A DNA stretch of 51,605 nt from assembly GCA_003142375.1 (NCBI GenBank), contig PLME01000019.1, positions 37,102-88,706 of the forward strand, given 5' to 3'. Position 1 is the stretch's first letter. Each line of letters begins with the position of its first letter. Origin of the DNA: Dehalococcoidia bacterium. GTDB lineage: Bacteria; Chloroflexota; Dehalococcoidia; GIF9; UBA5629. Shown piece after piece: positions 8,671 through 19,200 of the stretch. Under the pieces are notes generated by a model. The model was not told the DNA's origin. It ran no database searches and was given only the letters and a program-made list of their open reading frames with translations. The position numbers were made by a program, and so were the translations under genes.

Positions 8671-10062
8671 ATGAAAGAGACCCTTCCTCCCTATGATCTG
8701 GATGCTGAGGAAGCAGTCCTGGGATCGCTTCTCATAGACAACGAGGCGATCACGGAGATCGATACTATTATCGGTACCGAGGACTTTTTCAGCGAACAAA
8801 ACCAGCTCGTTTATAACGCCTGCCACAACCTCTCCCTGCGCGACGAGGCCATCAACCAGATAACAGTGGCGCAGGAACTGGTGCGTCATGGCAAGCTCGA
8901 TGAGATCGGAGGGGCTTCCTATCTCAGCCATCTGGTTTCCATAGTGCCGACCTCGCTGCATGTCAAGCACTATGCCCAGATCGTATTCAGGCTCTCGACC
9001 ATGCGGCGCTTGATAAGCGCGGCCGGTCAGATTGAATCCATCGGCTATAAAGCAGATCCGGACGTTGACCTTACATTGACCAAGTGCGAGGACATTATTT
9101 TCAAGCTCAGGAACAAGCAGGGCCGGGGTGAATTCGTGCCCATTCAGGATGCTTTAAACACCTATTTCGAAGAGGCGGGCAAGACCGCCCACGAAAAAGA
9201 TATGCAGAGCTTGAGGACCGGGTTCAATGCCATAGACAATGCGCTGGGCGGGCTTCAGCGCTCCGAGCTGGTCATCCTAGCTGCCAGGACCAGCATCGGC
9301 AAGACCAGTTTAGCTTTGAATATAGCCCGCAATGCGGCTATCAATCAGAAGGCCTGTGTTGCCATCTTCAGCCTGGAAATGTCACGCCGTGAAGTTATAC
9401 AGAGGTTGCTCTCCAGCGAGGCCAATATCGAATCGCAACATTTCCGCAAGGGAAGGTTTTCCGACCTGGAAGAGAAGCTGCTGCACCGTGATATTATCCC
9501 CCGGCTTGCTGATACATCCATATATATCGACGACACGCCCAACATGCGTATCAGCGAAATCCGCAGCAAGGCTAAAAGGCTGCATCTTAAGCGTAATGTC
9601 GACATGGTGATTCTCGACTATATACAGTTGGTGCGCGGCGATTCCAGGAATGATAATCGCGTGCAGGAGATCACCGAGATCACTCAATCGCTCAAAGCCC
9701 TTGCCAGGGAGATCGATGCCCCCGTTCTGGCTTTGTCTCAGTTAAGCCGCAACATCGAGCATCGCCAGGAGGGCAAGAGGCTAAAGCAACAGGTGAAGCC
9801 CCAGCTATCCGACCTGAGGGACAGCGGCAGCATCGAGCAGGATGCCGACGTCGTCCTGTTCATACATCGCTGGGACAAGATTTACCCTACCGAGGCAGAC
9901 TGGCAGCGGGAATATGGTGACGAGGAGCCATATCCCAAGGGGATTGCACACATTTTAATCGCCAAGAACCGCAACGGACCCACGGGCGAGGTGCCGCTGA
10001 GGTTCATACAGGAAATGACGAAATTCGATAACATGATCGTTGAAGTCGGCGCAGTCACATAG
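8671..10062 (+). CDS. dnaB: Replicative DNA helicase
   Basis: PPYDLDAEEAVLG, AARTSIGKT, FSLEM, LDYIQL, LSQLSR, LSDLRDSGSIEQDAD, AKNRNGPTG; no intein. Confidence 0.97.
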   Translation: MKETLPPYDLDAEEAVLGSLLIDNEAITEIDTIIGTEDFFSEQNQLVYNACHNLSLRDEAINQITVAQELVRHGKLDEIGGASYLSHLVSIVPTSLHVKHYAQIVFRLSTMRRLISAAGQIESIGYKADPDVDLTLTKCEDIIFKLRNKQGRGEFVPIQDALNTYFEEAGKTAHEKDMQSLRTGFNAIDNALGGLQRSELVILAARTSIGKTSLALNIARNAAINQKACVAIFSLEMSRREVIQRLLSSEANIESQHFRKGRFSDLEEKLLHRDIIPRLADTSIYIDDTPNMRISEIRSKAKRLHLKRNVDMVILDYIQLVRGDSRNDNRVQEITEITQSLKALAREIDAPVLALSQLSRNIEHRQEGKRLKQQVKPQLSDLRDSGSIEQDADVVLFIHRWDKIYPTEADWQREYGDEEPYPKGIAHILIAKNRNGPTGEVPLRFIQEMTKFDNMIVEVGAVT

Positions 10063-10083
10063 TTATTTCTCTGGGATCAGACT

Positions 10084-10806
10084 ATGAGCGAAAGCAGTTT
10101 CAAGGGTTTTCCGGCCAGGGCGGAGGTTACACCGCTGCCCAATATATTTTTCACCGAATTGTTGCCGGGCATTGAAAACCTGGCCGAAGCCAAGACGGTG
10201 ATGCAGATATTATTCCTGTTGAGCAGAAGGAAGGGTTATCCCCGGTTTGTCAGCTACAAGGAGTTAATCAACGACCCTATATTAATGAAAGGATTGTTCT
10301 CTTTGCCGGGCAAATCGGGCGATCTGCTGAGGGAAGCACTTGATCTGGCGGTTAAGCAAGGAATCCTGCTTCATGTCCCAATAGAAGCAGGCGGCCAGCA
10401 CGACGACGCTTACTTCATTAATAATCAGGTTGAAAAGGAGACCATAGCGAAAATAGTCAGCGGTACATTGAAGATCCCCAACATTAATATAAGAAAGATA
10501 GAGGAATCCGTACGTGAACAGCCTTCCGATATATACAATCTCTATGAACAAAATATAGGGATGCTCACGCCCATCATTGCGGAGGAACTGCAGGAAGCTG
10601 AGCATAAATACCCGGCAGATTGGATACAGGATGCCTTTAGAGAGGCAATCAGGGCCAATGTACGAAACTGGAAATACGTCCACAGCATTTTGAAGCGCTG
10701 GGAAAGAGAAGGGAAAAAAGATGGAAGAACTGTCCGAGATACTCGGAAAGAAGGAGACCCTGATAAATACATCAGGGGAAAATACGGGCACGTGGTTCGG
10801 CGATAA
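10084..10806 (+). CDS. DnaD-domain replication protein
   Basis: N-terminal PLPNIFFTELLP; C-terminal DnaD/DnaB_2 domain YEQNIGMLTP...WIQDAFREA...WKYVHSILKRW. Confidence 0.88.
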   Translation: MSESSFKGFPARAEVTPLPNIFFTELLPGIENLAEAKTVMQILFLLSRRKGYPRFVSYKELINDPILMKGLFSLPGKSGDLLREALDLAVKQGILLHVPIEAGGQHDDAYFINNQVEKETIAKIVSGTLKIPNINIRKIEESVREQPSDIYNLYEQNIGMLTPIIAEELQEAEHKYPADWIQDAFREAIRANVRNWKYVHSILKRWEREGKKDGRTVRDTRKEGDPDKYIRGKYGHVVRR

Positions 10807-12124
10807 CGCAGACACACCTGGCTCTGAATCCGGGAATGCTTCGTGCCCGATTTGTCATGGTACGAAGTTCATCCATCCTTTATTACCTTCGGGCGAGCCT
10901 GACTATAGCAGGCTTGTTTCCTGTAGTTGCAGCAGGGATGACATCGATAAGAAGCGCATGCAAAGGCTGCAGGCGATCAGCAATCTGGGCAGCCTCAGCA
11001 AGCTCACTTTTGACAACCTGCTGCCTTTAGGGCGAAGCGGCGATCCCGTATCTCAGAAGCTATTTCAGTTGGCTCTGGACGAGGCTCGCAAATTCGCTGA
11101 AAACCCGAATGGCTGGCTCGTGATAGCCGGTCCCGTCGGAAGCGGTAAAACACATCTCGCCTGCGCGGTAGCCAATTTCCGTATAAGCAAAGGCCAGGCC
11201 GCCTTCTATATCACCGTTGGGGAACTGCTGGATCACTTGCGCGCCACATTTAATCCGAACAGTGAAATCGAATATGATCAGCTGTTCGAGCAAATCAAAG
11301 ATAGTCCTTTGCTTGTGCTCGACAATATGAATTATTCCGCTACTACTGCCTGGTCCAAGGGCAAGCTCGATCAGCTGTTGGAGCATCGCTTTAACAGTAA
11401 ACTGCCCACTTTGATCACAACCAGCATGCCGGTTGAGGAGTTTGAAAACGATTATGCAGGTCACATAAATGATCCTGAGTTTAGCAGGGTGCTTATATTG
11501 AAGAAACAGTCTTCAAGTCTGCAAAGCCTTGATAGTCTTGATCTTCCTCTCCTAAAGAACATGACATTCGACAACTTTGACTGCAATTTGAGCCTGCCGG
11601 AGAACGTCAGGCAGACCTTGGAAGGAGCTTATAAATTTGCTAAGGACTGGGCCAAAGAACCGCTGGAATGGGTCATTTTGCAGGGTTTGAACGGATGCGG
11701 AAAAACGCACCTGGCAGCAGCCATTGCCAACCAGCTTAGAGGATCGGGCCGGGAGGTCCTCTTTATCGTCGTCCCTGACCTGCTTGATCACCTTCGTTCT
11801 TCTTTTGGGCCGGAAAGCCGCGTTTCTTATGATGCATTGTTTGAAAGAATAAAAAAGGTGCCGGTGCTAATACTGGATGATTTTGGCGAGCACGCAGCCA
11901 CCCCATGGGCGAAGGAAAAGCTATATCAATTGATTAACTATCGCTATAACGCCCGATTAGCAACAGTAATTACCACATGTCTTGCGCTTGATGAAATGGA
12001 CAACAGCGTCAGTTCCCGCCTGGCTGACCTCCAGATCTGCACCAATCTCAATATCACAGCGCCTGACTATCGTGATAAAAAGACGACCAGGACATCGCGG
12101 CCTCGCTCCCGGACAAAAGGCTGA
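10721..12124 (+). CDS. Tandem DnaC/DnaI/IstB-type AAA+ ATPase (putative helicase loader) with N-terminal Zn-binding Cys motif
   Basis: CPIC...CSC; two repeats of TFDN..., Walker A GPVGSGKT and GLNGCGKT, LLDHLR, Walker B LVLDN and LILDD. Confidence 0.88.
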   Translation: MEELSEILGKKETLINTSGENTGTWFGDNADTPGSESGNASCPICHGTKFIHPLLPSGEPDYSRLVSCSCSRDDIDKKRMQRLQAISNLGSLSKLTFDNLLPLGRSGDPVSQKLFQLALDEARKFAENPNGWLVIAGPVGSGKTHLACAVANFRISKGQAAFYITVGELLDHLRATFNPNSEIEYDQLFEQIKDSPLLVLDNMNYSATTAWSKGKLDQLLEHRFNSKLPTLITTSMPVEEFENDYAGHINDPEFSRVLILKKQSSSLQSLDSLDLPLLKNMTFDNFDCNLSLPENVRQTLEGAYKFAKDWAKEPLEWVILQGLNGCGKTHLAAAIANQLRGSGREVLFIVVPDLLDHLRSSFGPESRVSYDALFERIKKVPVLILDDFGEHAATPWAKEKLYQLINYRYNARLATVITTCLALDEMDNSVSSRLADLQICTNLNITAPDYRDKKTTRTSRPRSRTKG

Positions 12125-12186
12125 TCACCAGCCCGCCTTTTTTGAGGCTGCTTATATTTCCTGTTAAAATATTTTCTGACACGAAA

Positions 12187-12708
12187 GTGAACGATACTAT
12201 AATTAACCAACCCGTTTTAGTTTTAAATGAGAACTACCTGCCTTTGAACATTTGCAGAGTTCGCAGGGCGGTGGTGCTTGTGCTGGTTGGCAAGGCGGAG
12301 GTAGTGGAGAACGGGCGCGGCTATTTTGCCGCCAGCTCAGGCAGTTATGAGATACCCTCCGTAATCAGGCTTATATATCTGGTACGAAAACATTCCCATC
12401 CCCGCAAAATGACCAAACTGGAGATATTCAACAGGGATAAATATACATGTCAGTACTGCGGCAAAGAAGGCAAAGAGCTCACGCTGGATCATGTTATTCC
12501 CAGGCGGCGCAAAGGCGAGCATACCTGGGAGAATATTGTGGCTGCTTGCATACCCTGTAACAGGCGCAAAGCCGGGAGGACTCCCTCCGAAGCAGGTATG
12601 CCGTTGTTGAGACAGCCCCGTGCGCCTGGTAACATAGGTTTCTATATACCTTATCAATACTTGAGGGCTCGTGAGGAGTGGCAGAAATATCTGCCGCATG
12701 CCAGGTAG
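12187..12708 (+). CDS. HNH endonuclease with PLMP/RRXRR-like N-terminus
   Basis: VLVLNENYLPL...RRAVVLVLVGKA; CQYCG, TLDHVIP, WENIVAACIPCNRRK; start uncertain (GTG 12187 or TTG 12142). Confidence 0.88.
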   Translation: MNDTIINQPVLVLNENYLPLNICRVRRAVVLVLVGKAEVVENGRGYFAASSGSYEIPSVIRLIYLVRKHSHPRKMTKLEIFNRDKYTCQYCGKEGKELTLDHVIPRRRKGEHTWENIVAACIPCNRRKAGRTPSEAGMPLLRQPRAPGNIGFYIPYQYLRAREEWQKYLPHAR

Positions 12709-12723
12709 GATGAGTGTAGACTC

Positions 12724-13536
12724 TTAAGTCCGCGTAGGATTTATCAGGACAGCTTCACTGATAGGGACTTCAATCGTTACGCCGGTTTCGAGTTCGGCCA
12801 TAAACGTTGCTTTAATTACGTTTCTTCCGACTATCTTAGCCCTTCCCATCTTGGTCTGAATTTCCTGGCCGATGTCGGGCAATTTACATTTCATGTCCCG
12901 GTATTGATCATATTCATAGCCAAGGCAGCAAAGCAGGCGGCCACATAGGCCGGATGTCTTCATGGGGTTGAGGGCAATATCCTGTTCCTTGGCCATCTTG
13001 ATGGAAACCGGTACAAACTCATTCAAGAATGAGACACAGCACAGCTGGCATCCGCACTTGCCCACCCCTCCGATCAGCTTGGCCTCATCTCTCGCACCGA
13101 CCTGCCGGAGCTCCACGTGTGTCCTCAGCTCGTGGCTGATCTTGCGCACAAGTTCGCGGAAATCGATCCTTTTCTCGGAATAGAAAAATACGATGAGATG
13201 GCTGCCGTCCAGATTGTATTGGGCGTAGATGGCCTTCATTGGCAGATTGAGGTTTTCTATCAATTCCTTGCTTTTAGAGAGGGCTTTCTTGGCCCGACCC
13301 CGCTGGTGTTCCGCCTGAGAAATATCCTCAGGCGTGGCCAGACGAATGATAGGCTTGTACGGCTCCGTGTTTTCCTCAAGTGTCACTTCTTTGGCGGCTA
13401 TAACCACCTTTCCCAACTCCTGGCCTCGGTTGGTTTCTACTACCACCAGGTCATTCAGCTTGAGACTCAGGCCTGCCGTATCAAAATGGTATATCTTCCC
13501 CGCCTGGGTGAAGCGCACTCCGACTATAACTGCCAT
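12724..13536 (-). CDS. ricT: PSP1-domain protein RicT/YaaT
   Basis: RIDFRELV, ELRQVGARDEAK, CGCQLCC, SIKMAKEQ, SGLCGRLLCCL; downstream of holB. Confidence 0.9.
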   Translation of the reverse strand: MAVIVGVRFTQAGKIYHFDTAGLSLKLNDLVVVETNRGQELGKVVIAAKEVTLEENTEPYKPIIRLATPEDISQAEHQRGRAKKALSKSKELIENLNLPMKAIYAQYNLDGSHLIVFFYSEKRIDFRELVRKISHELRTHVELRQVGARDEAKLIGGVGKCGCQLCCVSFLNEFVPVSIKMAKEQDIALNPMKTSGLCGRLLCCLGYEYDQYRDMKCKLPDIGQEIQTKMGRAKIVGRNVIKATFMAELETGVTIEVPISEAVLINPTRT

Positions 13537-13544
13537 TATTTATC

Positions 13545-14582
13545 TTAACGGGAGGAATTGATTGCGTATTCGCCCCGCTTCTCCTTTCTCGGCATATCGA
13601 GCATGATCACTTCAAATAACAGGTGCAGGTTCACATTGCGACTTAAATTTACAACAGCCCTGTTCAAACAATCGATAAATTCCTTTATTTCAGGCACGGT
13701 CATCATGTTGGCCCAGGCCTTAAGATCCTTTACACAGTCTATATTAATGACCGCCCCGTCACAATTATATTTTACCAGCAGAACGTCGCGACACCATAAT
13801 AACCACAGCTTTAGAATATCTTCTGCACCATTCCTGTCGGAGGGCAACTGCTGCACATACCGGAATCGCTCGTCCCAGTTCTGTCCCATGAGCGAAATGA
13901 ATTCAGATAACCTTTCCCTTCGATTCACAAGATATCCTTCATCGTCCAGTGCGTTCAAAGCCCATCCTAAACAACCCCCCGATAGCCTGGCCAGCAACTT
14001 GACCTTTTCTTCAGGGACACCTTCCCGGCGACATAGCTTTTCCTCTATTTCCTGCATGGCGACGGGTTTAAGTTCGAACCTTTGACATCTTGAGAGAACG
14101 GTCGGCAACAACTTATGCTCTTCGGTTGTAAGTAAGATAATCAGTATATAGTGAGGCGGCTCCTCCAGTGTTTTGAGCAGGCAGTTTGCGGCCTCTTCCG
14201 ACATTAAATCGGCATCATCAATGATGAATACTTTGTATTTACCTTCATAGGGAGGCAAATTGGAGCCGCGCTGCATCAATTCCCTGATAGTATCGATGCT
14301 AATTTCAGTGGCCTTTTTGCGGTCCTTCGGGTCGCGGCCGGCATTTTTATCAATAATGATCACATCGGGGTATTTGCCCTGCTCGATGCGCTGGCAGGTT
14401 CGGCAAGAGCCGCAGGGGGGTTCGCTGCCGCTGCAATTCAAGGCCCTGGCCAGGTCGAGAGCCAGGGTCATTTTGCCAACGTGAGCGGGGCCGGCGAAAA
14501 GATAAGCATGCGCCAGTGAGCGGAGTTGGATGGAATCCTTAATTATTTTAACGATCCGGTCCTGGCCGGCGGTTTGCCACAT
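13545..14582 (-). CDS. holB: DNA polymerase III delta' subunit
   Basis: HAYLFAGPAHVGK, Zn module C...PCGSCRTC, ANCLLKTLEEPP, LPTVLSRC. Confidence 0.93.
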   Translation of the reverse strand: MWQTAGQDRIVKIIKDSIQLRSLAHAYLFAGPAHVGKMTLALDLARALNCSGSEPPCGSCRTCQRIEQGKYPDVIIIDKNAGRDPKDRKKATEISIDTIRELMQRGSNLPPYEGKYKVFIIDDADLMSEEAANCLLKTLEEPPHYILIILLTTEEHKLLPTVLSRCQRFELKPVAMQEIEEKLCRREGVPEEKVKLLARLSGGCLGWALNALDDEGYLVNRRERLSEFISLMGQNWDERFRYVQQLPSDRNGAEDILKLWLLWCRDVLLVKYNCDGAVINIDCVKDLKAWANMMTVPEIKEFIDCLNRAVVNLSRNVNLHLLFEVIMLDMPRKEKRGEYAINSSR

Positions 14583-15911
14583 TTATGCTTTGCCCATGAC
14601 ATCGTATTTCATAAGGTCCGAATATTTCTGCCTTTTGCGTATGATCCGGGCTTTTCCGTCTTTGACCATGGCGATAGCGGGGTGCGGGACCATATTGTAG
14701 TTGCTGGACATAGGAATGCAGTATGCACCGCATACCGGGATGGCTATTATGTCGCCCGAAGCTGTTTCGGGCATAACGATATCCTTTATTAATATGTCCC
14801 CTGACTCGCAATACCTGCCGGCGATCGTAACTTTTTTAGACGGGCGGGCAGTGACCTTGTTAGCCAGGACGGCCTCATATTTGGACTCATATAAAGCAGG
14901 CCTGATGTTATCTCCCATGCCGCCGTCCACGCAGACGTATGTCCTCACTCCGGGTATTTCCTTGATTGAGCCTACCGTATACAGGGCTACCCCGGCTCTT
15001 GCTATGATGCTGCGTCCCGGTTCGACTATCAGCCTGGGCTTGGCAAGCCCCAGCCGGGAAGTCCATGAATCCAGTTGCCCTGTGATGGTTTCGGCATAAG
15101 CCGAGACCGGCGGTATCTCGGACGAAGTGGTGTACCTCACGGCAAATCCCCCGCCCGGGCTGAAATCATGCATAATAAATGAATAGCGAGATTTCATCTC
15201 GGCGGCGAATTTGAGCACAATTTCCAGCCCCTGCCTGTAGGGGTCGGTATCATCAATGGGTGAACCCAGATGGAAGTGCAATCCCTTTAATGAGACATTT
15301 TTCATAGACATGGCCGACTTGACCGCTAGCTCAGCCTGGCCCGTGCCGATGGGGAAGCCGAATTTACTGTCCAGTATGCCGGTAGTCGTATGGCGGTGCG
15401 TATGAGGGTCCACGCTTGGATTCAGACGAAGTAGTATATTTGCCTTCGTATGCTTAGCCGAGGCCAGCCGGTTAAGCAGTTCGAGCTCGTAAAAGTTGTC
15501 TACGACGATGCGGCCCAAGCCCCATTCCAGTGCCATTTTGAGCTCGTCTTCGCTCTTATTATTGCCGTGAAAAAAGACCTTATCGGCCGGAAAATCAACG
15601 GATTGGGCTACGCTTATCTCTCCTCCGGACACCGTGTCCATACCCAATCCCTCTTCTTTCAATATTTTAGCCAGCGGCCTGCTGGTGAAGGCTTTCGACG
15701 CGTAGGCTACCACGCAATTCTTATAGCGTGAGCCGAACTCCCCCACGAATTCCCTGCTGATACTTCTTATGGTAGCCTCATCGAAGATATAAAGGGGCGA
15801 GCCGTATTTTTTCAGTAGGTCCGTGCAGTCGCAGCCGCCTATCGCTAGATGATCACTCTTCTTTTTTACCTGAACCGTCAATGGAAATAGTTCAAGTCTA
15901 TTTACTGTCAT
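14583..15911 (-). CDS. lysA: Diaminopimelate decarboxylase
   Basis: YASKAF PLP lysine, HGNNKS, SKFG, HFHLGS, EPGRS, DGGMGDNIRPALY, CESGD, GAY. Confidence 0.96.
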   Translation of the reverse strand: MTVNRLELFPLTVQVKKKSDHLAIGGCDCTDLLKKYGSPLYIFDEATIRSISREFVGEFGSRYKNCVVAYASKAFTSRPLAKILKEEGLGMDTVSGGEISVAQSVDFPADKVFFHGNNKSEDELKMALEWGLGRIVVDNFYELELLNRLASAKHTKANILLRLNPSVDPHTHRHTTTGILDSKFGFPIGTGQAELAVKSAMSMKNVSLKGLHFHLGSPIDDTDPYRQGLEIVLKFAAEMKSRYSFIMHDFSPGGGFAVRYTTSSEIPPVSAYAETITGQLDSWTSRLGLAKPRLIVEPGRSIIARAGVALYTVGSIKEIPGVRTYVCVDGGMGDNIRPALYESKYEAVLANKVTARPSKKVTIAGRYCESGDILIKDIVMPETASGDIIAIPVCGAYCIPMSSNYNMVPHPAIAMVKDGKARIIRKRQKYSDLMKYDVMGKA

Positions 15912-16046
15912 ATGATTATTCTGCTATCATTTATATAGATGCTGACGGTATTATACAACATAGGATACTGTGGCTGTCATATTAAACCGGTCTGCCCCGA
16001 CGAAATCCAATCCAATCGAATGTATTAAATAGTAATGAATCTTCGT

Positions 16047-16075
16047 TTGACAAAAAAGAGAATTATTGATATACT
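16047..16075 (+). promoter_or_regulatory. sigma70 promoter for rpoBC
   Basis: TTGACA (16047-16052), 17 bp, TGnTATACT (-10 at 16070-16075). Confidence 0.8.
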
Positions 16076-16210
16076 ATAAATTTGCGATTATACCATTCCA
16101 ACCTATGACAGTAATATTAGTTCCCGCATAAAAAATCCGCGCATACCAATTGTTAATTAATTTGTCAATCAGTTCGCAACAGATTGGGAATTTGCACGAC
16201 AGGAGAAGAT

Positions 16211-19200
16211 ATGTCTGTTTCTGCAGCCAAAGAGAATCAATATCTACCCATAGTTAAGAGTAAAAACTACGCCCGTCTGCCTCAGGTGCTTGAGATACCC
16301 AACCTTATTCAGGTTCAGTTGGACTCATTCAGGTGGTTTATGGAGGAGGGGATCAAGGACCTGCTGCAGGAAGTATCGCCCATTAAAGACTTTACCGGCG
16401 GTAAAATGGAACTTTCCTTTACGGGATACGAGTTCCGTCCTCCTACTTACGATGTGCCCGAGTGCCGCCAGAGGGACATGACTTACCAGTCCAATCTTTA
16501 TGTGCGTGCCAGTCTATTAATAAAGGAAACAGGCGAGATTAAGGAGCAGGAGGTCTTTCTGGGTGAGATCCCCTTGATGACGGAGAATGGTACCTTCATC
16601 ATCAGCGGCGCTGAGAGGGTGGTGGTGAACCAGTTGATTCGCTCGCCAGGTGTGTACTTTACTACAACCGTTGAAGAGAGCGGACGCCGACTGTGTTATG
16701 CCAAACTGATACCGGAACACGGCGCCTGGCTTGAATTTGAGACATCCGGTAAAGACGTAATCTGGGCCAAGATTGACGGCAGAAGGAAAATTGCCGTCAC
16801 CACTTTGCTGCGCGCTATAAGTGGCGAGGGTGATCCGGAAGATGCTTTAGACTGTGAAACGGATGAAAAGATTTTGGACCTTTTTAAAGATGACGATGAT
16901 AACCCTGACCACAAATATATTCAGGCGACCGTAGATAAAGAGCCGGAATCGATAAGGACGAAAAAAGAATCGCTGATCGATATCTACAAAAAGCTTCGCC
17001 CGGGCGAGCCGCCTGACGGTGAGAGCGCCAAAAGCCTCATCATCAATATGTTCTTCCACCCGCGCCGCTATGACCTGGGACGCATCGGGAGATTCAAGCT
17101 GAATAAACGGTTGGAGTATGAAGAGCGTGGCTATCATGTGACTTCGCGTGCGCTCAAGCCGCGCGACATGGTGGAAATAATCCGCAAGATCATACAGATA
17201 AACAATGAAAGGGTGCAACAGGACGATATCGATCATCTGGGCAATCGCAGGGTGAGAACTACCGGCCATTTGATTCAGAACCAGTTCAGGGTTGGCCTCA
17301 TCCGCCTGGAGAGGACCATCAAAGAGCGCATGAGCTTGCAGAGCGATGATCCTACGCCCGCCAACCTCATTAACAACAGGCCTATTATAGCTTCCATGAG
17401 GGAATTCTTCGGCGGTTCACAGCTGTCACAGTTCATGGACCAGACCAACCCCCTGGCGGAATTAACTCACAAGCGCAGGTTATCGGCCATGGGCCCCGGC
17501 GGTTTATCCCGTGAACGCGCCGGCTTCGACGTGCGCGATGTGCACCATTCCCACTACGGCAAGATTTGTCCCATCGAGACTCCCGAAGGTCCCAACATCG
17601 GCCTTATCGGTTCACTTGCTACTTATGCCAGAATCGACACGCTGGGCTTTATCGAGACGCCTTACCGCAAGGTCTATAACGAGTTGGATAATAATTCGAA
17701 AAAGCTGGTAGGCAGAATTCTCAAGCAGGATGTAAACGACAGCAAAAAGAAAAATGTCGGCCGTGGAGGGGCCCTTGTGGATGAAGCTCTTGCCAAGAAG
17801 CTGGCGGCATTAGGCAAGACCAAGATTAAGATTATCCCTTACGTGTCGGGCGAGATCGAATATTTCACCGCTGACAAAGAAACCAATAAATGTATAGCGC
17901 AGGCCAATGCGCCGCTAAATATGCGCGACGAGTTCATCGAAGAACGAATCGGCGCTATCCGCAGTGGAAAGTACGTGATGGAACCGCCCGAGAAAATCGA
18001 CTATATGGATGTTTCACCCAAGCAGGTTTTCAGCGTAACTACGGCGCTCATACCTTTCCTGGAGCACGATGATGCCAACCGTGCCCTGATGGGTTCGAAC
18101 ATGCAGAGGCAGGGTGTTCCTCTGATCAGACCCGAGGCTCCCCTTATTGGAACCGGCATGGAAAGCGAAGTGGCTAAGTACAGCGGCCAGGTTGTCTACG
18201 CCCGGGAAGGTGGCGAAGTTGTGGCCGTCGACAGCCGGAAGATCGTTATTAAAAGCGATGGTAGAAAACATGAGTACCCGCTGACCAAGTTCTACCGGAC
18301 CAACCAGGGCACCTGTATTAACCAGCATCCCATAGTCAAGCACGGGGATGTTATTAAGCAGGGGCAGGTCATTGCGGATGGGGCAGCTACGCAGGAAGGC
18401 GAGCTTGCACTGGGGCAGAATGTACTCTGTGCATTCATGACCTGGCGCGGATATAACTTTGAAGACGCCATCATTATCAGCGAAAGGCTGGTCAAGATGG
18501 ATAAATTCACTTCCATCCACATTGAAAAATATGAAGTCGAAGCACGTGAAACCAAGCTGGGCAAAGAGGAGATTACCAAGGATATACCCAATGTGGGAGA
18601 GGAAAGCCTGAGGGATCTCGATGAAGAAGGTGTGGTCAGGGTTGGCGCCGAGGTAGGCCCGGGCGACATACTCGTCGGCAAAATTACGCCCAAAGGTGAG
18701 ACCGAGCTGACGGCGGAAGAGAAACTACTGAGGGCTATATTTGGCGAGAAGGCCAGGGAAGTTAAAGATACTTCCTTGAGGGTCCCACATGGAGAGGGCG
18801 GCAAGGTAATCGAAGTCAAAGAATTTTCAGGTGATAACCATGCTGACTTACCGGCCAATGTAATTAAGCTGGTGCGCGTATGGATTGCCCAGCGCCGCAA
18901 GATATCGGTGGGAGATAAGATGGCAGGACGCCACGGGAACAAGGGCGTCATATCCATTATTCTTCCTGAAGAAGATATGCCCTTCCTGCCCGACGGCAGA
19001 CCGGTTGACATCGTACTTAATCCCATCGGCGTGCCTTCACGTATGAACATAGGCCAGATACTTGAAACTCATCTTGGCCTGGCTGCCGACATTTTCGGCG
19101 AGAAAGTTATCAACCCTATTTTTGACGGCGCTGATAATCTGGCTATCGAAGACCAGTTGGGCAAGGCATGGATCGTGCAGAAGTGCCGTGAAGAGGGCGT

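Noticed and set aside
10084-12708. Prophage replication module or IS21 (istB) element
   Set aside because: No integrase, istA, terminal repeats or structural genes; embedded between rplI-dnaB and ricT-holB core genes
15912-16046. Lysine riboswitch upstream of lysA
   Set aside because: A TATAAT lies about 40 nt from the start, leaving no room, and no L-box consensus is visible
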